Notes: a model not told the origin generated them from the letters alone. Shown: positions 1 through 13,205, counted from the first letter of the whole stretch. The stretch is DNA of 59,070 bases, filler included, from Sphacelaria rigidula (GCA_964200075.2; 10 parts of 10 records of this genome joined end to end with filler, not necessarily neighbours in it); one strand, 5' to 3'. Numbers and translations are program-made.

Positions 1-2812
1 CAAGTAGGTGGGTGTTTCGCGAACGAGGATGCCACCACATGATAGTGAACACATGACGGATAGATTTGGGCAACCCTGACGATCTGGGGCGGAGCCCATG
101 GGCATTGCCAGTGTAGGTAGAGAGCGGTGGTACTCTGCTATGCATGCACTCAGCACACGGTGAAGGCGAGGATACGAGCAGGTGCCGCCAAAGACCCTGA
201 CTGCGGGAGGACAACTGACGGTGATGGGCATACGGGTGTGATTCTGTGTGGGGGGGTGGTATACGGTCTCACACGAGAACGCTTCACGAGAACAGGTTTT
301 GTTTTGTTTTAAATTCGATCGGCTTGCTTCACATACGAAGGGACCCACACGTGTGTGGAGTCTTCATGTGAATGAACGGGCAACTATCGAGAGAAAGTAT
401 CACGTCTCTTCATCACGGAGCCGTGCGAACGCATAATGTTGGAGTCTAAAATATTCGCACTTGGCCTCACATCGACAATGCATTCACGTGATGCAAGAGC
501 ACCCGTGTCATAGTAGTTTACTGATCTGTACCGGACTCGAGCAAACCGGTTTTCGCACTACGTCAACAATATAATGATAGTGTGATGATAGAGAGTTCCG
601 GAAAACGCTTTTCTGTCATTTCAGAGTGCAAATATCTCAGGATCAGAGTGCAGGAAAAAACAACACCTCGTCGATAAAACGTTAAGGAAATACCAAACTT
701 GACGGAAGGGGGAATAATTTTTCTTTACACTCTGATCCTAAGATATGTGCACTCTGAAATTACAAAAAAGTGTTTTTCGAAAGTCTCTAATATGACAGTG
801 ATAATATATAGCCAGTCAGTGTGTCCCGTCATGTGTGCGCCCACCCCCCGTCGGAGCAAAAATCAGGTGTGTAGAGGTAGCACACGATATATCGGGGATA
901 ACAGCTCCCCCGTCCTCCCCCACCTGTGAAGTCCCCCCACCTGTAAAGTCCCCCCACAGTGTTATTCCTTTTTAATATTATGGAGGCGGTGTGTTGATCA
1001 TATAAATAATCCGAAACGGCAAAACACTTTGAGACAGTCATGCTCCAAGGCCTAGCATATGATGCAGAAGGGAACAGACGAGTTTGGGGAAGAGGGCTCC
1101 ACATCAGCCCGGATAACTGGCACTACAGAGGTCGAGCACGCATATCTCAGCGGGAGGGGGCGAGAAGGTATGTCGCTGCGTGGTTGAGAAGCATTCATTG
1201 TTCGATATATGTATGTCGCGGCTGCGGCGACAACGCAATGCAATGATCGCCGGTGGTCCGCGTACTCTGACGGCATGCCGCCTCTACTGTACTAGGTAGG
1301 CCATGAGTGCGGCGAAGAGTAGGCATATATAGAGAGGGTGCAACATCTTCGCTGCTGTGCGGTGCGCCGTACCGTGCATCGACGCATGTCGCCATGCTAC
1401 AGTAACTCATGTCCACCGTGCACTTGTGATTCCCCGTGTGTGTTCGCTGTGAGTTGAAGACGACCCGAGGTTGACATTGCTCCCTCATGTTGAGCATGAC
1501 TGCTCTCTGACACTGCTGTAGTTGGTGTAGTATAGTCTGTAGAGATTACGCCTTCGTGAGTACAGATTGATTGGTGGTATTGTAACACCCCCTGGGAACA
1601 TATGCTGTAGTGCTCATATGAGTTAGGATTAGGTCGCGCAAATCCCATGCCACAACGTGTAGCACGGCCTGTGCTTTAGTGACACTGGCCCTTATTTCCT
1701 GCTGCATGCATCACGCGTGGACGGGTGGCCTCATGCGACATCCCGTTTGATGCAGTGCCCACGAGATGTTGCCCCGCGATCGCACGGCGACGATTGCGGT
1801 ATCAGCGAGTTGCACACGAATAGAGAGGATATAAGGATGTAACTTGTGCGGTCATATCGCTGTGCAGGGCGACAGCGGTCCCCTCAGCAATGTACGAGCG
1901 CGTGGGTGACCTAACCCTAACCTGTCCTCTGCAGCTGGAATTAGGATATTTATCAATATCTGACGGTGATTGACACCCCTCATGAAAACGGCTCGAAGGT
2001 TTACGGACGGGATAGTCCCGACATGTAGACACCAGCGCTTCTGTCTAATCGCCTTCCTCCATTTATGTCACCATTATTACATGAAAAGGTGTGATGGCAG
2101 GGAACAAAAAGGGTGCAAGTACAACTTGGGTATGATTGAAGTCATCATTGTGAATCACGATGGACATTTGCATTGTGCATGACACCCCGCAACATGCAAC
2201 GTTAGCAACCGCTCCGATTCGTGTAAATATCCTGTGTTCCTCAATCAATTGCTGGTGATTGCGAAGCAATGTTCCCCACGAATTTAGATTCCGATAACCG
2301 ATGTGTTGGGGTCTTTGTGGAAAATTTGAATGAAGGGGGGTTGACGCGAACAACTGAGGTCCGAAATAAAATTAGGTGTGGTGTAATCTTCGTAATTCGG
2401 TAACGAAAAAATCGTTCAGTGCGCCGAAATGTTGATTGTGCCTACCCTAGTTGTGTGGCATGTGGTAGTTCTCAATAGCTACCTGTCGGCGAAGGAAGTC
2501 ACCATATTTAGCTTGAGCATAGTATGAGTGCAGCATGCAGCGCATGGCAGTCATGTTTTTTCGAGTTTTCCGCAGCGCAGTAAACGTAGCCCGTGGTGTA
2601 GGTTCCGTTTACGGTCTGTACCACGCACGAGGAGTTCCGTGCAGTGTGGAAATGTGCAACCGGGTCTCTTTCGTGGGGCCTGCTGTACGGACTGTGTTGC
2701 GCCCAATATGCCGCACTTATTGCTGCGACTCATGATAATTAATTACTGTTAGAGTTGGTGGACGGGGTGCACGTCCTGCCACCATGTTTGACATACAGTC
2801 CATGCGGCGATC

Positions 2813-3387
2813 ATGATCCACTCCCCGCGCCGGATCTTACTCGTGCTGCTTCTGCTCCTACCGTGTGCGCCGTGGAGCGCAGGTGGGAAGGATTGGAGCG
2901 GTTGCCAGCTCCAGCAGCAGGAGCGGTGCACCCCCTGCGCGCCCGGCTGTATGGCGGCGGATAAGAGGAGGGACGCGGCGCGGTCTAATCGTGATGCCAC
3001 TTTCGGCGATGAACCATCGCCGGGGATCACCAGCGACGGCACACCGGTCGCCGGCGAGCGCCCACCGTCGTTGGCAGGCGGCTCCCGCCGACGCAGTCGC
3101 CGATAGTCTGCCGCGCGAGGAGGGTGTAGTGGGGATATGATGCCGGGATTTCTGTTGGGGGGGCAACGGCCGACGCCACCTACCTCTACAAAAGAACCGC
3201 GCGCTGGGCAGGCCGACGTGCAAACCCCCAAAAGGCGGAAACGGGTATCGCTGTCATGCGGAAAGGCGGCTGGTGTACAAGTGACGGGGACGACAGCGCG
3301 CCTCTGACGAAGGAGAATGTGGTGTTCAGACTGTCGCCGCATGCTCTCCTCATGCAGGAGGGGCGAGTCAAGTTTCTGAAGTGTCAG
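2813..3387 (+). pseudogene. Possible disrupted 5' coding fragment with a signal-peptide-like start, product unknown
   Basis: GC-rich stretch. ATG at 2813 is followed by hydrophobic MIHSPRRILLVLLLLLPCAPWSAG, then an in-frame TAG at 3104. Protein-like sequence continues in another frame (GYDAGISVGG...LTKENVVFRLSPHALLMQEGRVKF) up to a GTAAG donor-like site near 3388. No family recognised. Confidence 0.25.
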
Positions 3388-4044
3388 TGTAAGCCAGACA
3401 CGGCTGCGAGGCACAAGGGCAAGAACTAACAGACACTTCTATAAAATGAGGTTAATCAATTAAATGAGGTTCGAGCCCAAAACAGTACTTTCTCCACAAT
3501 GACATTTTTCTCGGCCTAATGCCCCTCGATCGCGTAGATACTTTTTCAGCGCATTTTACCGACTCTGTGAGCTTACATCGCTGACCGAAACCGCTGTTAG
3601 GCCCGCAGACGGTGAGTGAAGCACCGCCCTTACGCGCAAATTGTCGCATTTGAAGTAAGCCCCCAGCAAGTCGGCGGTGGTGACATGATAGACGTACCCA
3701 AGACATAACAAAACTCAAAACCGACCCTGACAACCGTTAGAAGCGGAATTAAAGGATGACAGAAGTATATAGTATACGTAGACGCACAACAAAAAGTAAG
3801 AGACGGAATAAATCATATCGGGTGTTGATTCTGTTGTTCGGTGACCGAACCGTGCCCACTGGTGTGTATCTGTACCTGCTCTGCTGCCCTCAATCCCAGA
3901 GGCTTTTGCTTTTCATTTTCTTACTGTTTTAATTGCATCGACCCTGCTCTTTACTTTCCTCTTCTCTTCCTTTTTTTCTGGTTTTAGGTCGGCCATTAAC
4001 TTCTGAGCTTTGCTTTTCTTGACTTGTTTTCTTACCGTCAATGC

Positions 4045-4045
<1 letters not shown>

Positions 4046-4076
<31 letters not shown>

Positions 4077-4082
4077 CTGATT
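4046..4082. repeat. (GATT)n microsatellite
   Basis: About nine GATT/GGTT/GACT units read directly. Confidence 0.9.
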
Positions 4083-5381
4083 CTTGCACTTGAAAATTAT
4101 TATCTTCTTACCGATCACCCTAACATGTTCTGGTCGACTTTTTGTTTTATCTGTTCCTTCTTTTCTTCAGCGAGTGTTTCATTTTTTGTTTTTATTGGGT
4201 ACGTCTATCATGAGACCACGGCTAGATCCCTGGGGGGGCAGTCAAAGTGCGACGATCAATCAATAATTCAAATAAAGCAACTTCATGCTGGAACATCCCC
4301 GGAATTAAACACGCCACACCACCGTCGTGCGCGCTTGTTACAGGGAGTGGCGCAGGTATTCACGTCGGACAGGTGTAAATATTTACCCGATGTCCATGGG
4401 ACGGAGGGCGCCGCAGGATGGCAACGCATGGCATTTAACGGGAGGGAGTGCGGCCGCAGGGACGGGGCAGATGAACTTATGCTGTAGTAACGCCGGTCAC
4501 CCCGTGATTCTGCCGCGCAAATCCCAACGTCCGAGCCCGGCGGCGAGTGTACTTGGTGGCCGTGGTGGATTCGCCACGGCCCGCCCGTCATGTGTGATGC
4601 CAAGCTAATTGTTGGGTGATGAGGTGGTGGCAATTGCGACGAAAAGACAATTTATGTGGAAGTGTGGAAGCGCCCAAAGTTGCGGGCCGTGCGGTGCGAC
4701 GGCATATATGCTAGGGCCGGGGCGGGTAGAGGCGAGGGATTTCATGTGGCGCGGTGCCGTGCAGGGGCATAATTTTATTGTTCTGGCGGTGCTGCATGGT
4801 AACACTCATTTCAGGTTGTATTAGTCACCGAGCGGTGCGAAGCATGAAATTATTTAGGTGCGTTTTCACGTCACACGGCGGCTGGGATATCATCGCGAGG
4901 GATGGGGAGGCACGCAAAACCTGTCGAGATTTGCGATGTGTATGCTCGTGCGGTGTGCACGACTTGCTACCGCGAAGCGATCGCGCGCGCCGACGACCCC
5001 CTATTTTTGTCTCCTTCTTCGCGTTTTAGTTGTTTTCATACCACTTTCATTCGTTTTTTTCTGTTTTTGTATCGCGTCTGTGTGTTTTGTTTGTACCACG
5101 GTTGGTTTTTTTAATATCTTAAGCCCCATGTTTGGATTATTTGCCTAATATTACCACGGGAAGCGTTCGCGTAATATGCCAGGTACTAAGCGATGCGGTG
5201 ATGTCGGAACGGTTTAAACTCTGTAGACAACAACTACAACGACTACGACGTCAAGTTGGGCGCACGGACTGTGCTTTACAGATAATCCACATCCCAATGA
5301 GTGCACAAACACCCATCGAAATGCTGATCGCCACAAATATTGGGGGGTCATGATAACGCGAGAGGGCAAGGTTCCTCCCGG

Positions 5382-5817
5382 GAGCAATGTTACGGCAGGA
5401 GTGCACTTTTGACGCAAATCTTGTCTGGTTCAGGGGCTCCGAACGACTTTAGATGCACAATAGTGTGGGTGAGGGCATCCTCGTTTGCAAGTTCATTCGG
5501 GATATTCTTCGTACTTTGAAACCACAAACCTGACGCACTCTCACATATTTCATTGGTCGTGTTTTGGATTTGATGGATGCAAAAAAAACATTTTGACCCA
5601 GACAAAGAAAGTACGCCCCTACTGTAGCTTCACCCCAGGCCTTCGCAGCTGGTGCCTCGCGTACGTGCACTTGAGCTGTGATGAGAAACGATCCCGAACT
5701 GGCCACGAAAATCCCGAGCGTATCTGGGCTGTAACTTATTTTATCACGAGCAATGCTACGGTAGGGGTGCACTTTTTTCGCGAAATTTTGTCTGGTTCAG
5801 GGGCTCCTAACGATTCT
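5382..5817 (+). repeat. Direct repeat with ~366-bp period (satellite-like or tandem element), cut by the contig end
   Basis: GAGCAATG[T/C]TACGG[C/T]AGG[A/G]GTGCACTTTTT...TTGTCTGGTTCAGGGGCTCC[G/T]AACGA occurs at 5382-5447 and again at 5748-5815. Confidence 0.75.
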
Positions 5818-5917
5818 NNNNNNNNNNNNNNNNNNNNNNNNNNNNNNNNNNNNNNNNNNNNTTAATTAATTAANNNNNNNNNNNNNNNNNNNNNNNNNNN
5901 NNNNNNNNNNNNNNNNN
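5818..5917. other. Artificial contig-joining spacer N44-TTAATTAATTAA-N44 (first of nine; the others start at 11735, 17652, 23569, 29486, 35403, 41320, 47237, 53154)
   Basis: An identical 100-bp spacer with a six-frame stop linker recurs exactly every 5917 bp. Each intervening segment, including the first and last, is 5817 bp. Confidence 0.98.
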
Positions 5918-5918
5918 C

Positions 5919-6749
5919 GATGTGAGGAGGTCATGCATTACAAGCTGGGACGACAGTGCTCTACCATCAACCACTTGTCGTTGCATTTGAGACTCACGCC
6001 ATCAACTGCCGACAGCGAAGGTCTTGTGTCTTTCACGCAACGCTGTCGGTAGTAGGGCAGGCAGACCCGATCATAGCTAGCTTTCGTTGCTACGGTACTT
6101 CCTCTCGACCGGAGTTCGCGACGGGTATGAAAACTCAACAGTTGATTTTCTCAACTTCATCCACACAATTTGATTGGCTATCAAAACCTGAGGGAGGACG
6201 GCTATCCTGTCCCTCCGCCAGGTATTAATTAAGGACAGAAGAGGTTTTACGACCGCATATAACATTAATGGGGGTACGGAGGGGTTTTCTCCATGAAAAG
6301 ACGTGTTTTACATCCTGCAAAGCGTATCATGCGTATTATGGTCTAATACGAACAGTAACTTGTCGATTTCTGTTCCGTTCTCCACGGATTGTCTGATGCC
6401 AATCCCAGAAAGGTTTAGTATTGCTGTTCGACGGTATACTTGCGTGTTTAGGCAGACCCAAGGCAGCCACCTTCCCTCAGGTCTTGAGAGTCGTTTGAAC
6501 TGGGCGGGTGAAGTTGAGAAAAATCAAATGTTGAGTTTTCATTCCCGTCGCGAACTCCGGTCGAGAGGAAGTACCGTAGCAACGAAAGCTAGCTATGGTC
6601 GGGTTTGCCTGCCCTACTACCGACAGCATTGCGTGAAAGCCATAAGCCCTTCGCTGTCGGCGGTTGATGGCGTGAGTCTCAAATGCAACGACAAGTGGTT
6701 GATGGTAGAGCACTGTCGTTCGGCTTGTAATACATGACCTCCTCACATC
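5919..6749. mobile_element. Long inverted-repeat (foldback / long-TIR non-autonomous) element
   Basis: 5919-6162 is a highly similar reverse complement of 6506-6749 (GATGTGAGGAGGTCATG... / ...CATGACCTCCTCACATC), with a ~345-bp non-coding spacer. The left arm abuts the contig edge, so the true terminus and TSD cannot be seen. Confidence 0.85.
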
Positions 6750-7659
6750 AGCGTAGTTCTGGAGAGCTACTTGTACTGTACCCAGGTGTTCACGCGACCA
6801 GCGTGTGTTCCAGATTGCAGCATGGACGGACTCCTATGCGCCACACTAGCAACAGTTAGGTCACCGCCATACGTATCGTTTTTCACTCCGCATGTCAAAC
6901 AGGTCTCTACAAGTGTTTGATCTCTCATACACCTCCCTCAACTGGCGTGTGGTGGGCTGTTCTCGTCGGGCACCCGGTCAGGGGGAGGTCGGCGAAAATC
7001 AACGATGAATAACACCCCCCAAGCTCATACTGAATCTATTTGTTATGGCCGCACCACCGCCCTCGCTGGCATGTGTGTGATAGACAACAGTAGTAGCGGT
7101 GACGGGAACATTGCCCTGTGTTCGTACGGCATGTGTTTCGGCGCACAGAGGCGCATCCTGTCCAAAAGGAGAGGCAGAGTGAGAAATCGATCTTCGCATT
7201 CGTGAGCTCGACAGGCAAGTGTAAGACGAGAGAAAATCTCTCCGCAGCTCAATGTTTCGGCACATGCAAACTCGGGCACATGCTGGTAACATCGATGATG
7301 TCAGTCTGTCGAGACTTTGGTAATCGCCGAGCGAGGACACACAAAGGACACGGGCGAGGAGCTTCCTCTCTGTTGTTGCTTCCCTCTCTGGTGATATCGT
7401 CATCAACACGCGTGCCCACCGCATTCGTTAGGTGCACCTAGCCACAGCTGTCGAACTGCTGCGGATATTTGGGGGGGGGAGATGGCTTCGCTCGGTCGTG
7501 GGTGTTTCGCGCCATCCCTGAAAAAGAGAAATGCCACTTCAACCTCTTTTTGTAGATGGACCCCATTTTCTAAGATCCACTGTTATTTCCAGAAATTACG
7601 AAATTTCCGGTACCAGGTGCAAACAGCGCCTAATGAAGGGAAGGGTTCGACAATGCATG

Positions 7660-7722
7660 GCATAAATGCCAACAAACAGCAAATTGCGCGAGTTGAGGTT
7701 TAACTCTGAGATAAGGCTCAAG
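7660..7722 (+). repeat. Fragment of an unclassified dispersed repeat (related copies at ~17572-17651 and ~3444-3497)
   Basis: AAAC[A/G]GCAAATTG.G.GA.TTGAGGTTTAACT..GAGAT.AGGCTCAAG is shared with 17582-17630. The continuation ATGAGG.TC.AGCC.AAAACAGT.CTTTC is shared between 17619-17647 and 3464-3492. Confidence 0.6.
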
Positions 7723-8029
7723 TGGGCAACACGACTTGCGAACTGTTTGTAGTAGAAGTACCGAGGATAAGCTCTTATTCGGAAGAAGTAACCTGTGGAG
7801 GTGAACCCGTGACGCGTGATATTCAGTACGTCGAAGAATCGAGACAAGTAAGTCGGGTGAGCACTCTTGTTACTCTACACCACAGGGGAAAAAGTGGCAG
7901 CGCACGGATCCCATGTCCTGCGCTAAACCCGCCCCCCTCGGGCTGGGCTAGCGCGAGGAACAATACCTCGATCATGCCCGACAGGGTGGGGGGAGGGGGG
8001 GTGTTCATCGGGCACGACTAAGACGGGCA

Positions 8030-8337
8030 CCATTCGTGTCTTGGTATAGATCAGCTGCGGGTTTGTGTTTCCTCCCTCAATCAAAAAGTCGGTTTCAACG
8101 CAACATGGATAGGCCATTGCCCACAAGATTCCCGCGCGGAAACGACTACGATACTCCCCTTCGAACCCTTCCCGCTGGCGCAAAGAACGGTGCATTGTCT
8201 TCGATCGAATTCGATAACACGAGCAGGTGTTTCACGCACGGTGCTACCATCGGTTGCGGCCGACAAGCGTTGACGCCGTCTATTTTCATCAACGGGTATC
8301 CCCTGAGCCAAACCACGCTCAACGCGACAGGACGATG

Positions 8338-8374
<37 letters not shown>

Positions 8375-11300
8375 ACCCCCCAACTTTTCCACCCGCTTNN
8401 NNNNNNNNCCCCAACCCCAACACGAGACCGCCCCCCCCCCCCCCCCCCAAACTCCCTACCCCAACCCAACCCCGGGAATCTAGACCCTCGTTTTCTGAAC
8501 CGCAGCCACATGCATTACAGCCGTCAATCTCCCGCGCCGTCATCGGCATCGTCTTCCTCTTCACCGTCGCAGGGACTAGCGACCGGGGTGAATCCAAGCC
8601 ACCTCTTCTTAAATCCAGGGCCCCCTACGATACGATCCCCGGCACCAACGGCTAAAGGCTTCTTCGCCGCTAATCTGTTGCTCCGAACGTGAGGTGTTGG
8701 CACACGAGCAATGAGAGCGTGCTTATCTCCGCCTTCGCTGCCTACAGCGGCAGCAACGTAAGCGTCTCTACCACTTACATGGGAAATCTGCCACGTTATG
8801 TTGATGGCCTCATCATCGACCGTTGCTTCCCACGTGAGGTAGAAAAATGGGCACGTCTCCGCCACTTCTAGGTACAACGCCGCCTTTGCTCTACACGTCT
8901 CCTTGCTAGGCTCCAACATTTTCCTTAGTTGTTTGTTGGTAGCAGCCAAATAAGGTGGATACACTGCTCCTCTACAACATGGTCGATAGATTGAAGGGCG
9001 TCCTCCGGAGTGTCGTATATTTTATACTTCCCGCAGACGGGAATTTCCGGATAGGCGACCTCTTCGCCTTGTTTCGCGATCACGTGCAGCCTGTTGACCT
9101 GATCCAGAGTCGAAAGCTGTGACCAAATTGGATTGCACGCGCGGCGGAGGTGAATGCACGAGACGCGTTTCCTAGTCACGTCGCAAAGAGGGGAAGCAAG
9201 AATGTGTAATAGACTTCAAGCATTCACTGTAGACGGGTGAAAACGACGGTACGACTTCCGGCGACAAACACCACCCCCAGATTCTTAGCGATACACACTC
9301 TGGATGATTCGAAACGAAGGATTCGAAGCGCGATAGGCATTCTGTTTGGCATGCCACGCCCGTTGCCTTCGAAATCTCCGCGTATCGCGACTAGAAGGGT
9401 AGGAGGTGACAAGTCGACCCCCGAGTGATGGCCTTCTCACTCGCCTGTCCCATAATTTAGGGTACCGAAGGGCAATACGTTGTCTGGGTATAATGGTCGC
9501 TGTGACGGCTTCACAGATGGGTTCGTTACGAAGGTAGAGGGTAGACTTCGCCGACGTAAAGGGAGATTAACGAGTTCTTTACTCGAAATGGGCCGAAATA
9601 TACCGGAGCATCGCACTCATTCTACAATTTCGAGACACTCGTAGAAGGTTTTGGCCGTTGTCGAGCCGACCAACCAGCAAGGTTTGTCAGTTAAGAAGGC
9701 TGTGGGGTCAGCACATGGTAATACGTAAAACTAGTGGTTGAATCGCTGTTGTGATTGTTGTTCATTGTTTTGTAGAATGCTGTTTATATCTGGAGTTTAG
9801 AAAGGGGGGTGTGCGGCCATTTTCAGGCCTGATTGTTCGTTTTCATTCGTACGAAGCAAGCACCAAATGTAGACGAATAATGTTTTGAACCGAAAATTGG
9901 CCAAACATATAATACAAAGATCGGACCAAAATCCGGGCAAGGTGAAGGGCCCGTACAATTCACGGTGTCCTCTTGTATGGTAGAGAGAAAGTATATTTGA
10001 CTGGCAAATGCGTCAAGACATATGCAAAAATAACAAAACTGGTGGGTAGGTGCCCGCTAGCCTGATCACCACCTTGTCCTCACTGTGCGACCCTCAAACG
10101 GCCAAGAAGCAAGTACACATGATTCGATATGAACACCGTTCGTCTCGCCCGAAGCACTCTCACCTCCACTGTGTATCCGAACGGCTGCACGGTGCTTCTC
10201 ATGACCTCTTCAGCAGAAGTACCAGCGGCAGGAGTCCGCAATGCCGGCGGGGTCGTGTCGGCCGGTAGCTTCGACGGGAGCAACTCTGGGCCCACATACA
10301 CTGCGCCGCCAATGTCGTGCTGTCGAGAAATAGAGGGTGAAAACGAGCCGTTGGCAGACTAATGCCGAGATAGCCCCCCCACAAGAAGTGCACCGGAGAC
10401 CGTCCGACAAACCAGCTGCGATCCCACTATTGGGCTCGTTTACAACAATTTCGCCCACATGAGAGGTGTGTAGCAATCTGAAATCAGCTATAACGCCCAA
10501 ACGAGTCGCGGCGTGCAGCACGAAACCAGCATTAACGGCATGTATTATCATCGTCTTCGTGCACTTTTTTCGCCAGTTCGCGGGGGGGGGCTATCTCGGC
10601 AGCGGTCGGCAGTTGGAAAGATTGGTGAGAGTTCATGACACCTCTCACAAATGAAAACCTGCGACACCGGCATGAAGACCCGCCGCTACGGCAATCAGGG
10701 AACCCGACTTTTATGTTCGCATTTATACCGCCCAGCTGTGGTGTGGCTTTCTATACCCTGAAGAGCCCAGAGGATAATGCTTTATGGAACGTCTTCTCTT
10801 CGCGATCATGCACCTCGCCGGAGAGACTGACATCTGAGAGAAAGCGCTCGATAGGGCTCCCGCTATGGAGGGCGATTTCCAGCAGTTGCGTCCTCTCGAG
10901 CCCAACACCAAGGACAGCGTCTCCCATGTTGGTGAACCTTCATGGATATGAAGAGGCAACGACGCTGGATTAACGACGTAGAGGTTAAACCTCGCGATCC
11001 ACGCGGAGTGGTCGATTGCAAGGTTCGTCGCTCAACGAATGAGTCCGTACCTTTTGTGATACGCATCCTGATGGACCAGCACATACAACAACCCGCTTGT
11101 CGGGTGACGAGTTGCTTACGCTAGCATGGGGGAGAAAAAAGAAGACCCAACAGTTCAGTGATGGAACATATCGGAATAGAAAGTGTAAAAGGACCGAGTG
11201 TACACGGTTTGAAAACTACCAATCCATACAAATATCGACTATGACTGAACCGTCTGATAACATCTCGAGGGGTGGAGTAATGCCTTTCATTAACCACCGG

Positions 11301-11700
11301 ACGCGCCATCACCTCCAAACGAAGGTGCGCAACAATCCCGGGGGGAAAGAATTTTCGGGGCCGCCGGCCGGAGCTCCATGCTTGTACGTCAACATCTCGG
11401 TGTGTCCGCCGCCGATCTTCTGCCAGCAGTCTGGTATTTTCCCCCCGATTGTGCTGCCGTAGGGGTCGTCAAATGTCACCCTTTGATCCACCGTAAAACA
11501 TTTCCCCTCTTGCTCTGACCTTTTGTGGGCCACCATGATGGCTTCGTGGTGCGGGTAGAAATATAATTTCTCTTCTCTCTTCCGAGAGCTCCCGTGTTTG
11601 CTGCAATATTCGATGAGGACAGGGTCTTCTTCGAGCGCCATGGTGTGGTCTTGAGTGATGGCGTCTGTGACGTGGTGCAGACGGGTCGGCGACAACGAGG
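8030..11700 (-). pseudogene. Chain of broken minus-strand reading frames, product unknown
   Basis: Several protein-like ORF pieces (11309-11695, ~10750-10927, 10080-10551, 8925-9357, 8524-8964) separated by stops, frame changes and some GT/AG-bounded pyrimidine-rich gaps. There is a degenerate P-loop-like VVVCAGPSGC at ~11062-11092. Confidence 0.3.
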
Positions 11701-13205
11701 GCCGGGGCAGGGTGGAGCGGTCGGGTGGGGGGTGNNNNNNNNNNNNNNNNNNNNNNNNNNNNNNNNNNNNNNNNNNNNTTAATTAATTAANNNNNNNNNN
11801 NNNNNNNNNNNNNNNNNNNNNNNNNNNNNNNNNNTGAGGCCAGTGGATTCTGGAGAAGTCCCTCACTGAATAGCCCTCTTGTCCAGATCGTCTGGCAGAG
11901 GCTATAAATCGTAACGTACCGTAAAAATATCCACTCGGAATCCGGCACATGTTTCCGTGGTCGTCGAAGCGCTTGATGTGTGATTGCCGGGGATTTATCG
12001 GCATTTAGAGGGTAGATGCTGTTGTGGTATAATTGTCATTGTACAGCGCCTGTAGCATTCACGAGGTATTGCAACTGGGCGTGGGAAGGACGAGGTAGCA
12101 TTGCACGCATGGGGCGGGAAGTAATCGGCGTTAGCGAGGAGTGATCACGGTAGGGAAGAGCGGGCGAGAACCTGGGAAGGCGATAGGGTATTTTCTCGTT
12201 ATGTGTTTCTTACTACCTTTGGGCCCCACCTTCGAGAGATGAGTGCATTTTCGCCGTGACCTCTGAAGGTTCATGGTGAGGTACGACCTATCACGTGAGA
12301 GTGAGCGACGTTTTGACGTACGCCTGAGAACCGCCGGTAGGAGGCTTTGAAAACCAACTGAAGTCGAGAACAGATTTCTCAGGACGAGACGACGACAATA
12401 TCACGATGTCCAGCGTGTGGTCTCGGGACCGTTCCCAGCCCCGCCTCTCCGTCTGCCTACTGTTTGCTTTTGTGGTTTCTGCATTGCGTGCTTCCACAGT
12501 TCCTCGCTTCGGTCCTTCTTTTACTCGAGTTTACTTCACAGTACAGTAGCTAGCGAGTGTTACCGATCGTGTGCGTTGGGTATATGTGTCTTATGATCAC
12601 AGCCGAGGTGATGCGGTGATTACTTGGCAATGTCGGAGCACCAACCCATGAAATCAACTCTCCAAATGACATCAGTCAATGAAGTCAACTCTTGAATCGA
12701 ACCAATCCGTGAACCACAATCCTCTGATGGGCATGCTGGGTGCTGCCGCTGCTTTAAATTTGGGTTCCGACACTCACCGCAACTGTGTTTTCCTCTGTTA
12801 TCTATGCCTCTTCCATCTTCTTCTGTTCATTGGATACCGTCCTATCAATCACAAGTACCGATCATGATGCAGTGTGGTGCACAGGAATGCTCAACAGCGG
12901 CCTCCACCAAGACCCGACTTGAACAAGCGGTAGCTGGCCTAGCGCATAGCAACCACCAACAGTACGCTATCTAGCCCATATCAATACCGAAAAGCGACCT
13001 TCCCCAAGGCGCGATTCGAGCAAGCGAAAGCGGGCCTGTTGGATGACAAGACCCGACGACGACGACGCAGTCTAGCTCATATATATGCTGAACAGCGGCC
13101 TCTGCCAAGACTCGACTTGACCTAGAAACAACCACCCGGTCCCCAACCCTTCCGAATCCCTATTGCTGATCACTAGGCTAAGCAGCGAAGATGAATCGTC
13201 CCGAT

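Noticed and set aside
1910..1922. Telomeric CCCTAA repeats (also ~40950)
   Set aside because: Only about two units, internal, and compatible with chance.
1..2700. Short ORFs in the first contig
   Set aside because: No motifs, codon signal or consistent splice structure that I could support.
5862..5873. TTAATTAATTAA as a biological motif or piggyBac target
   Set aside because: It is always centred in N runs at an exact period, so it is an assembly linker.
8146..8655. Poly-Pro / poly-Gly ORFs
   Set aside because: They arise from poly-C runs flanking an N gap.
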